55,072 bases of DNA, taken from positions 62,001 through 117,072 of the forward strand of contig JAXLNO010000337.1 in NCBI GenBank assembly GCA_038087875.1. Direction: 5' to 3'. This document shows, one piece after another, positions 37,401 through 49,400 of this stretch. The translations under genes were made by a program, and so were the position numbers. How positions within the stretch are numbered: the stretch's first letter is position 1; every line of letters starts with the position of its first letter. The notes beneath the pieces are model-generated. The model did not search any database. It saw nothing but the letters and a program-made list of their open reading frames with translations, and was not told the origin of the DNA. Origin of the DNA: Malacoraja senta. Lineage: Eukaryota.

Positions 37401-40400
37401 GGCATTCAACCCGAATGCCTGCAGGTAAACCCCAACGCCTGCAGCTAACCCCCAACGGCAGCCGCGAAACCCCAACGGCAGCCTCAAAACCCCAACGGCA
37501 GCCTCGGGACTCCAAAGCCTGCCTCGGAACCCCAATGCCAGCCTCTGAACCCCAACGGCTGCCTCAAAACCCCAACGGCAGCCTCGAATCCCCAACGCCA
37601 GCCTCGAAACCTCAACGCCAGCCACGGAACCCCAACGCTAGCCTCGGGACTCCAACGCCAACCTCTGAACCCCAACGCCAGTCTCTACCCCAACGCCAGC
37701 CTCCAAACCCCAACGCCAGCCTCTAAACCCCAACGCCAGCCTCTGAACCCCAACTCCAGCCTCGTAACCCCAACGCTAGCCTCGAAACCCCAACGACAGC
37801 CCCGAAATGCCAACGCCAGCCGCTAAACGCCAGCCGCGAAGTCCCATCGCCAGACGCGAAGCCCCATCGCCAGCCGCTAAACCCCAATGCCAGCCGCTCA
37901 ACCCCCAATGCCAGTTCGTCAACCCCAACGCCTGCAGGTAAACCCCAACGCCTGCAGATAAACCCCAACGGCAGCCTCGAAACGCCAACGGCAGCCTCGA
38001 AACTCCAACGGCAGTCTCGAAACCCCAACGCCAGCCGCTAAACGCCAACCGCCAGCCGCGAAGTCCCATCGCCAGACACGAAGCCCCATCGCCAGCCGCT
38101 AAACCCCAATGCCAGCCGCTCAACCCCCAACGCCAGTTCGTCAACCCCAACGCCTGCAGGTAAACCCCAACGCCTGCAGATAAACCCCAACGGCAGCCTC
38201 GAAACGCCAACGGCAGCCTCGAAACCCCAACGCCAGCCGCTAAACGCCAACCGCTAACCCCCAACGCCAGCCGCTCAACCCCCAACGCCAGACGCGAAGC
38301 CCCATCGCCAGCCGCTAAACCCCAATGCCAGCCGCTCAACCCCCAACGCCAGTTCGTCAACCCCAACGCCTGCAGGTAAACCCCAACGCCTGCAGATAAA
38401 CCCCAACGGCAGCCTCGAAACGCCAACGGCAGCCTCGAAACCCCAACGGCAGTCTCGAAACCCCAACGCCAGCCGCTAAACGCCAACCGCCAGCCGCGAA
38501 GTCCCATCGCCAGACACGAAGCCCCATCGCCAGCCGCTAAACCCCAATGCCAGCCGCTCAACCCCCAACGCCAGTTCGTCAACCCCAACGCCTGCAGGTA
38601 AACCCCAACGCCTGCAGATAAACCCCAACGGCAGCCTCGAAACGCCAACGGCAGCCTCGAAACCGCAACGCCAGCCGCTAAACGCCAACCGCTAACCCCC
38701 AACGCCAGCCGCTCAACCCCCAACGCCAGCCATTCAACCCGAATGCCTGCAGGTAAACCCCAACGCCTGCAGCTAACCCCCAGCACCAGCCGCTCAACCC
38801 CCAGCGCCAGCCTCTCAACCCCCAACGCCAGCCATTCAACCCTAACGCCTGCAGGTAAACCTGAACACCTGCAGGTAAACCCCAACACCTGCAGGTAGAC
38901 CCCAACACCTGCAGCTAAACCCCAACGGCAGCCGCGAAACTCCAACGGCAGCCTCAAAACCCAAACGGCAGCCTCGAAACCACAACGGCAGCCTCGAAAC
39001 CACAACTGCAGCCTCGGGACTCCAACGGCAGCCTCGAAATCCCAAAGATAGCCTCGGAACCCCAACGCCAGCCTCTGAACTCCAACGCCAGCCTCTGAAC
39101 CCCAGCCTCTGAACCCCAACCTCTGAACCCCAACGCCAGTCTCTACCCCAACGCCAACCTCCAAACCCCAACGCCAGCCTCTAAACCCCAACGCCAGCCT
39201 CTGAACCCCAACTCCAGCCTCGTAACCCCAACGCTAGCCTCGAAACCCCAACGGCAGCCCCGAAATGCCAACGCCAGCAGCTAAACGCCAGCCGCGAAGT
39301 CCCATCGCCAGACGCGAAGCCCCATCGCCAGCCGCTAAACCCCAATGCCAGCCGCTCAACCCCCAACGCCAGTTCGTCAACCCCAACGCCTGCAGGTAAA
39401 CCCCAACGCCTGCAGATAAACCCCAACGGCAGCCTCGAAACCCCCGACGGCAGCCTCGAAACCCCGACGGCAGCCTCGAAACCCCGACTGCAGCCTCGAA
39501 ACCCCGACTGCAGCCTCGAAACACCAACGGCAGCCTCGAAACCCAAACGACAGTCTCGAAACCCCAACGCCAGCCGCTAAACGCCAACCGCTAACCCCCA
39601 ACGCCAGCCGCTCAGCCCCCAACGCCAGGCATTCAACCCGAATGCCTGCAGGTAAACCCCAACGCCTGCAGCTAACCCCCAACGGCAGCCGCGAAACCCC
39701 AACGGCAGCCTCAAAACCCCAACGGCAGCCTCGGGACTCCAAAGCCAGCCTCGGAACCCCAATGCCAGCCTCTGAACCCCAACGGCTGCCTCAAAACCCC
39801 AACGGCAGCCTCGAATCCCCAACGCCAGCCTCGAAACCTCAACGCCAGCCACGGAACCCCAACGCTAGCCTCGGGACTCCAACGCCAACCTCTGAACCCC
39901 AACGCCAGTCTCTACCCCAACGCCAGCCTCCAAACCCCAACGCCAGCCTCTAAACCCCAACGCCAGCCTCTGAACGCCAACTCCAGCCTCGTAACCCCAA
40001 CGCTAGCCTCGAAACCCCAACGGCAGCCCCGAAATGCCAACGCCAGCCGCTAAACGCCAGCCGCGAAGTCCCATCGCCAGACGCGAAGCCCCATCGCCAG
40101 CCGCTAAACCCCAATGCCAGCCGCTCAACCCCCAATGCCAGTTCGTCAACCCCAACGCCTGCAGGTAAACCCCAACGCCTGCAGATAAACCCCAACGGCA
40201 GCCTCGAAACGCCAACGGCAGCCTCGAAACCCCAACGGCAGTCTCGAAACCCCAACGCCAGCCGCTAAACGCCAACCGCCAGCCGCGAAGTCCCATCGCC
40301 AGACACGAAGCCCCATCGCCAGCCGCTAAACCCCAATGTCAGCCGCTCAACCCCCAACGCCAGTTCGTCAACCCCAACGCCTGCAGGTAAACCCCAACGC

Positions 40401-43400
40401 CTGCAGATAAACCCCAACGGCAGCCTCGAAACGCCAACGGCAGCCTCGAAACCCCAACGCCAGCCGCTAAACGCCAACCGCTAACCCCCAACGCCAGCCG
40501 CTCAACCCCCAACGCTAGCCATTCAACCCGAATGCCTGCAGGTAAACCCCAACGCCTGCAGCTAACCCCCAGCACCAGCCGCTCAACCCCCAGCGCCAGC
40601 CTCTCAACCCCCAACGCCAGCCATTCAACCCGAACGCCTGCAGGTAAACGTGAACACCTGCAGGTAAACCCCAACACCTGCAGGTAAACCCCAACACCTG
40701 CAGCTAAACCCCAACGGCAGCATCGAAACCCCAACGGCAGACTCAAAACCCAAACGGCAGCCTCGAAACCACAACGGCAGCCTCGAAACCACAACGGCAG
40801 CCTCGGGACTCCAACGGCAGGCTCGAAATCCCAACGATAGCCTCGGAACCCCAACGCCAACCTCTGAACTCCAACGCCAGCCTCTGAACCCCAGCCTCTG
40901 AACCCCAACCTCTGAACCCCAACGCCAGTCTCTACCCCAACGCCAGCCTCGAAACCCCAACGCCAGCCGCTCAACCCCAACGCCAGCCTCTGAACCCCAA
41001 CGATAGCCTCTGAACCCCGCCAGCCTCTGAACCCCAACGACAGCCTCTGAACCCCAACGCCAGAATCTGAACCCCAACGCCAGCCTCTGAACCCCAACGC
41101 CAGCCTCTGAACCCCAACACGAGCCTCTGAACCCCAACGCCAGCCTCTGAACCCCAACGCCAGCCTCTGAACCCCAACGCCAGCCGCGAAGCCCCAACGC
41201 CAGCCGCGAAGCCCCAACGCCAGCCGCTAACCCCTAACGCCAGCCGCTAACCCCTAAAGCCAGCCGCTAACCCCAACGCCAGCCGCTCAACCCCAACGCC
41301 TGCAGGTAAACCCCAACGCCTGCAGCTAAGCCCCAACGGCAGCCGCTAAACCCCAACGGCAGCCTCGAAACCCCAACGGCAGCCTCGAAACCCCAACGGC
41401 AGCCTCGAAACCCCAACGGCAGCCTCGAAAACCCAACGGCACCCTCGAAACCCCAACGGCAGCCACGAAACACCAACGGCAGCCACTAAACCCCAACGGC
41501 AGCCTCTATACGCCAACACCAGCCTCGGAACTCCAACGCCAGCCTCGAAACCCCAACGCCAGCCTCGAAACCCCAACGGCAGCCTCGAAACCCCAACGTC
41601 AGCCTCGAAACCCCAACGCCAGCCGCTCAACCCCAACACCAGCCGCTCAACCCCAACGGCAGCGGCTCAACCCCAACGCCAGCCGCTCAACCCCAACGCC
41701 TGCAGGTAAACCCCAACGCCTGCAGGTAATCCCCAACGCCTGCAGCTAACCCACAACGGCAGCCGATAAACCCCAACAGCAGCCTCGAAACCGCAAGGCA
41801 GCCGCTAAACCCACGGCACTCGAAACCCCAACAGCAGCCTCGAATCCCCAGCAGCCTCGAAACCCCAACGGCAGCCTCGAATCCCCAACGGCAGCCTAGA
41901 AACCCCAACGCAAGCCTCGGAACCCCAAAGCCAGACTCTGAACCCCAACGCCAGCCTCGTAACCCCAACGTCAGCATCGAAACCCCAACGCCAGACTCTG
42001 AACCCCAACGCCAGCCTCGTAACCCCAACGCCAGCATCGAAACCCCAACGCCAGCCGCGAAGCCCCAACGCCAGCCGCTAAACACCAACGCCAGCCGCGA
42101 AGCCCCATCGCCAGCCGCTAACCCCCAACGCCAGCCGCAACCCCCCAACGCCAGCCGCTCAGCCCCAACGGCAGCCGCTCAACCCCAACGGCAGCCTCGA
42201 AACCCCAACGGCAGCCTCGAAACCCCAACGGCAGCCTCGAAACCCCAACGGGAGCCTCGAAAACCCAACGGCAGCCTCGAAACCCCAACGGCACCCTCGA
42301 AACCCCAATGGCAGCCTCGAATCCCCAACGCCAGCCTCGAAACCCCAAAGCCAGCCTCGGAACCCCAACGCCAGCCTCTGAACACCAACGCCAGCCGCTG
42401 AACGCCAACGCCAGCCCCAGAACCCCAACGCCAGCCACGGCCCCAACGCCAGCCACGAAGCCCCAAAGCCAGCCACGAAGCCCCAATGCCAGCCACGAAG
42501 CCCCAACGCCTGCAGGTAAACCGCAACGCCTGCAGGTAAACCCCAACGCCTGCAGGTAATCCCCAACTCCTGCAGGTAACCCCAACACCTGCAGCTAACC
42601 CACAACGGCAGCCGATAAACCCCAACAGCAGCCTCGAAACCGCAAGGCAGCCGCTAAACCCACGGCACTCGAAACCCCAACAGCAGCCTCGAATCCCCAG
42701 CAGCCTCGAAACCCCAACGGCAGCCTCGAATCCCCAACGGCAACCTCGAATCCCCAACGCCAGCCTCGAAACCCCAACGCCAGCCTCGAAACCCCAACGC
42801 CAGCCTCGATACCCCAACGCCAGCCACGATACCCCAACTCCAGCCTCGAAACCCCAACTCCAGCCTCGAAACCCCAACGCCAGCCTCGAATCCCCAACGC
42901 CAGCCTCGAAACCCCAACGCCAGCCGCGAAGCCCCAACGCCAGCCGCGAAGCCCCAACGCCAGCCGCGAAGCCCCAACGCCAGCCGCTAACACCCAACGC
43001 CAGCCGCTAACCCCCAACGCCAGCCGCTTATCCCAACGCCAGCCGCTAACCCCCAACGCCAGCCGCTAACCCCCAACGCCAGCCGCTAACCCCCAACGCC
43101 AGCCGCTAACCCCCAACGCCAGCCGCTAACCCCCAACGCCTGCAGGTAAACCCCAACGCCAGCCGCTAACCCCCAACGCCTGCAGGTAAACCCCAACGCC
43201 TGCAGTTAAACCGCAACGGCAGCCGCTAAACCACAACGACAGCCGCTAAACCCCAACGGCAGCCGCTAAACCCCAACGGCACTCGAAACCCCAACACCAG
43301 CCTCAATACCCCAACGCCAGCTTCGAAACCCCAACGCCAGCCTCCGAACCCCAACGCCAGCCTCTAAACCCCAAAGCCAGCCTCGGAACCCCAAAGCCAG

Positions 43401-46400
43401 CCTCTGAACCCCAAAGCCAGACTCGGAACCCCAAAGCCAGCCTCTGAACCCCAAAGCCAGCCTCGGAACCTCAACGCCAGCCTCTGAACCCCAACGCCAG
43501 CCGCGAAGCCCCAACGTCGGCCGCGAAGCCCCAACGCCAGCCTCTATCCACCAACGCCAGCCGCTCAACCCCAACGCCGGCCGCTGAGCCCCAACGCCCG
43601 CCGCGAAGCCCCAACGCCGGCCGCGAAGCCCCAACGCCGGCCGCGAAGCCCCAACGCCGGCCGCGAAGCCCCAACGCCTGCAGCTAAACCCCAACGGCAG
43701 CTGCTAAACCCCAACGGCAGCCTCGAAACCCCAACGGCAGCTTCAAAAGCCCAACGGCAGCCTCGAAACCCCAACGGCAGCCTCGAAACCCCAACGGCAG
43801 CCACCAAATCCCAACGGCACCCTCGAAACCCCAACGGCAGCCTCGAAACCCCAACGGCAGCCTCGAATCCCCAACGCCAGCCTCGAAACCCCAACGGCAC
43901 CCTCGAAACCCCAATGGCAGCCTCGAATCCCCAACGCCAGCCTCGAAACCCCAACGCCAGCCTCTGAACACCAACGCCAGCCGCTGAACGCCAAGGCCAG
44001 CCCCAGAACCCCAACGCCAGCCGCGAAGCCCCAACGCCAGCCAGGAAGCCCCAAAGCCAGCCACGAAGCCCCAATGCCAGCCACGAAGCCCCAACGCCTG
44101 CAGGTAAAACCCAACGCCTGCAGATAAACCCCAACGCCTGCAGCCCAACGCCTGCAGGTAACCCCAACACCTGCAGCTAACCCACAACGGCAGCCGATAA
44201 ACCCCAAACAGCAGCCTCGAATCCCCAGCAGCCTCGAAACCCCAACGGCAGCTCGAATCTCCAACGGCAACCTCGAAACCCCAACGCCAGCGCCGAAACC
44301 CCCAACGCCAGCCTCGATACCCCAACGCCAGCCTCGATACCCCAACTCCAGCCTCTAAACCCCAACTCCAGCCTCGAAACCCCAACGCCAGCCTCGAATC
44401 CCCAACGCCAGCCTCGAAACCCCAACGCCAGCCGCGAAGCCCCAACGCCAGCCGCCAAGCCCCAACGCCAGCCGCTAACACCCAACGCCAGCCGCTAACC
44501 CCCAACGCCAGCCGCTAAACCCAACGCCAGCCGCTAACCCCCAACGCCAGCCGCTAACCCCCAACGCCAGCCGCTAACCCCCAACGCCAGCCGCTAACCC
44601 CTAACGCCAGCCGCTAACCCCCAACGCCAGCCGCTAACCCCCAACGCCTGCAGGTAAACCCCAACGCCAGCCGCTAACCCCCAACGCCTGCAGGTAAACC
44701 CCAACGCCTGCAGCTAAACCGCAACGGCAGCCGCTAAACCACAACGACAGCCGCTAAACCCCAACGGCAGCCGCTAAACCCCAACGGCACTCGAAACCCC
44801 AACACCAGCCTCAATACCCCAACGGCACTCGAAACCCCAACGCCAGCCTCCGAACCCCAACGCCAGCCTCTGAACCCCAAAGCCAGCCTCGGAACCCCAA
44901 AGCCAGCCTCTGAACCCCAAAGCCAGCCTCGGAAGCCCAAAGCCAGCCTCTGAACCCCAAAGCCAGCCTCTGAACCCCAACGCCAGCCTCTGAACCCCAA
45001 CGCCAGCCGCGAACCCCAACGTCGGCCGCGAAGCCCCAACGCCAGCCTCTATCCACCAACGCCAGCCGCTCAACCCCAACGCCTCCAGCTAAACCCCAAC
45101 GGCAGCCTCGAAACCCCAACGGCAGCCTCGAAACCCCAACGCCAGCCGCTAAACCCCAACGCCTGCAGGTAAACCACAACGCCAGTCGCTGAACCCCAAC
45201 GCCGGCCGCTGATCCCCAACGCCGGCCGCGAAGCCACAACGCCGGCCGCGAAGCCCCAACGCCGGCCGCGAAGCTCCAACGCCGGCCGCGAAGCCCCAAC
45301 GCCGGCCGCGAAGCCCCGCCGGCCGCGAAGCCCCAACGCCAGCCGCTCAACCCCAACGCCTGCAGCTAAACCTCAACGGCAGACGCTAAACCCCAACGGC
45401 AGCTTCGAAACCCCAACGGCAACCTCGAAACCCCAACGGCAGCCTCGAAACCCCAACGGCAGCCTCGAAAACCCAACGGCAGCCTCTATACGCCAACGCC
45501 AGCCTCGAAACTCCAACGGCAGCCACGAAACCCCAACGGCAGCCTCGAAACCCCAACGGCTGCCTCGAAACCCTAACGTCAGCCTCGAAACCCCAACGCC
45601 AGCCGCTCAACCCCAACGCCAGCCGCTCAACCCCAACGCCAGCCGGTCAACCCCAACGGCAGCGGTTCAACCCCAACGCCAGCCGCTCAACCCCAACGCC
45701 TGCAGGTAAACCCCAACGCCTGCAGGTAATCCCCAACTCCTGCAGCTAACCCACAACGGCAGCCGATAAACCCCAACTTCAGCCTCGAAACCCCAACGCC
45801 AGCCGGTCAACCCCAACGGCAGCGGCTCAACCCCAACGCCAGCCGGTGAACCCCAACGCCAGCCCCGGAACCCCAACGCCAGCACCGAAAGGCCAGCACC
45901 GAAACGCCAGCCATCCGCGAAGCCCCAACGCCAGCCGCGAAGCCCCAACGCCAGTCGCGAAGCCCCAACGCCAGCCGCGAAGCCCCAACGCCAGCCGCGA
46001 AGCCCCAACGCCAGTCGCGAAGCACCAACGCCAGCCGCTAACCACCAACAACAGCCCCGAAAACCCAACGGCAGCCTCGAAACCTCAACGCAAGCCTCCG
46101 GACCAACGCCAGCCTCGAAACCCCAACGCCAGCCTCGGAACCCCAAAGCCAGACTCTGAACCCCAACGCCAGCCTCGTAAGCCCAACGCCAGCATCGAAA
46201 CCCCAACACCAGCCGCTCAACCCCAACGCCAGCCGGTCAACCCCAACGGCAGCGGCTCAACCCCAACGCCAGCCGCTCAACCCCAACGCCTGCAGGTAAA
46301 CCCCAACGCCTGCAGGTAATCCCCAACGCCTGCAGCTAACCCACAACGGCAGCCGATAAACCCCAACAGCAGCCTCGAAACCGCAAGGCAGCCGCTAAAC

Positions 46401-49400
46401 CCACGGCACTCGAAACCCCAACAGCAGCCTCGAATCCCCAGCAGCCTCGAAACCCCAACGGCAGCCTCGAATCCCCAACGCCAGCCTCGAATCCCCAACG
46501 CCAGCCTCGAAAACCCAACGCCAGCCTCGAAACCCCAACGGCAGCCTCGAAACCCCAACGGCAGCCTCGAAACCCCAACGGCAACCTCGAATCCCCAACG
46601 CCAGCCTCGAAACCCCAACGCCAGTCGCGAAGCCGCAACACCAGCCCCTAACCCCCAACGCCAGCCGCTAACCCCCAACGCCAGCCGCTAACCCCCAACG
46701 CCAGCCGCTAACCCCCAACGCCTGCAGGTAAACCCCATCGCCTGCAGCTAAACCGCAACGGCAGCCGCTAAACCCCAACGGCAGCCGCGAAACCCCGACG
46801 GCAGCCTCTAAACCCCGACGGCACTCGAAACCCCAACACCAGCCTCAATACCCCAATGCCAGCCTCGAAACCCCAACGCCAGCCTCTGAACCCCAACGCC
46901 AGCATCTGAACCCCAATGCCAGCCTCTGAACCCCAACGCCAGCCTATGAACCCCAACGCCAGCCTCTGAACCCCAACGCCAGCCTCTGAACATCCAACGC
47001 CAGCCTCTGAACCCCAACGCAAGCCTCTGAACCCCAACGCCGGCCTCTGAACACCAACGCCAGCCTCTGAACCCCAACGCCAGCCTCTGAACCCCAACGC
47101 CAGCCTCGGAACCCCAACGCCAGGCTCGGAACCCCAACGCCAGCCTCGGAACCCCAACGCCAGCCTCTGAACCCCCAAAGCCAGCCTCTGAACCCCCAAC
47201 GCCTGCCTCTGAACCCCCGACGCCAGCCTCTGAACCCCCAACGCCAGCCTCTGAACCCCAACGCCAGCCTCTGAACCCCAACGCCAGCCTCTGAACCCCA
47301 ACGCGAGCCTCTGAACCCCAGCGCCAGCCTCTGAACCCCAACGCCAGCCTCTGAACCCCAACACCAGCCGCGAAGCCCCAACGCCATCCACGAAGCCCCA
47401 ACGCCAGCCGCGAAGCCCCAACGCCATCCGCGAAGCCCCAACGCCAGTCGCGAAGCCCCAACGCCAGCCGCGAAGCCCCAACGCCAGTCGCGAAGCACCA
47501 ACGCCAGCCGCTAACCACCAACAACATCCCCGAGAACCCAACGGCAGCCTTGAAACCCCAACGCAAGCCTCGGGACCAACGCCAGCCTCGAAACCCCAAC
47601 GCCAGCCTCGGACCCCAAAGCCAGACTCTGAACCCCAACGCCAGCCTCGTAACCCCAACGGCAGCATCGAAACCCCAACGCCAGCCGCGAAGCCCCAACG
47701 CCAGCCGCTAAACACCAACGCCAGCCGCGAAGCCCCATCGCCAGCCCCTAACCCCCAACGCCAGCCGCAAACCCCCAACGCCAGCCGCTCAGCCCGAACG
47801 GCAGCCGCTCAACCCCAACGGCAGCCTAGAAACCCCAACGGCAGCCTCGAAACCCCAACGGCAGCCTCGAAACACCAACGGCAGCCACGAAACCCCAACG
47901 GCATCCTTGAAACACCAACGGCAGCCACGAAACCCCAACGGCAGCGTCGAATCCCCAACGCCAGCCTCGAAACCCCAACGGCACCCTCGAAACCCCAATG
48001 GCAGCCTCGAATCCCCAACGCCAGCCTCGAAACCCCAACGCCAGCCTCGGAATCCCAACGCCAGCCTCTGAACACCAACGCCAGCCGCTGAACGCCAACG
48101 CCAGCCCCAGAACCCCAACGCCAGCCGCGAAGCCCAACGCCAGCCACAAAGCCCCAAAGCCAGCCACGAAGCCCCAACGCCAGCCACGAAGCCCCAACGC
48201 CTGCAGGTAAACCCCAACGCCTGCAGGTAAACCCCAACGCCTGCAGGTAGTCCCCAACGCCTGCAGCTAACCCACAACGGCAGCCGATAAACCCCAACAG
48301 CAGCCTCGAATCCCCAGCAGCCTCGAAACCCCAACGGCAGCCTCGAATCCCCAACGGCAGCCTCGAATCCCCAACGCCAGCCTCGAAACCCCAACGCCAG
48401 CCGCGAAGCCACAACGCCAGCCTCGAATCCCCAACGCCAGCCTCGAAACCCCAACGCCAGCCTCGGAATCCCAACGCCAGCCTCTGAACACCAACGCCAG
48501 CCGCTGAACGCCAACGCCAGCCCCAGAACCCCAACGCCAGCCGCGAAGCCCAACGCCAGCCACAAAGCCCCAAAGCCTGCAGGTAAACCCCAACGCCTGC
48601 AGGTAAACCCCAACGCCTGCAGGTAGTCCCCAACGCCTGCAGCTAACCCACAACGGCAGCCGATAAACCCCAACAGCAGCCTCGAATCCCCAGCAGCCTC
48701 GAAACCCCAACGGCAGCCTCGAATCCCCAACGGCAGCCTCGAATCCCCAACGCCAGCCTCGAAACCCCAACGCCAGCCGCGAAGCCACAACGCCAGCCGC
48801 GAAGCCCCAACGCCAGCCGCTAACACCCAACGCCAGCCGCTAACCCCCAACGCCAGCTGCTAACCCCCAACGCCAGCCGCTAACCCCCAACGCCAGCCGC
48901 TAACCCCCAACGCCAGCCGCTAACCCCCAACGCCAGCCGCTAACCCCCAACGCCAGCCGCTAACCCCCAACGCCTGCAGGTAAACCCCAACGCCTGCAGC
49001 TAAACCGCAACGGCAGCCGCTAAACCACAACGACAGCCGCTAAACCGCAACGGCAGCCGCTAAACCCCAACGGCACTCGAAACCCCAACACCAGCCTCAA
49101 TGCCCCAACGCCAGCCTCGAAACCCCAACGCCAGCCTCTGAACCCCAACGCCAGCCTCTGAACCCCAACGCCAGCCTCTGAACCCCAAAGCCAGCCTCTG
49201 AACCCCAAAGCCAGCCTCTGAACCCCAACGCCTGCAGCTAAACCCCAACGGCAGCCGCTGAACCCCAACGGCAGCCGCGAAACCCCGACGGCAGCCTCTG
49301 AACCCCGACGCCAGCCTCTGAACCCCGACGCCAGCATCTGAACCCCGACGCCAGCCGCTGAACGCCAACACCAGCCGCGAAGCCCCAACGCCAGCCGCGA

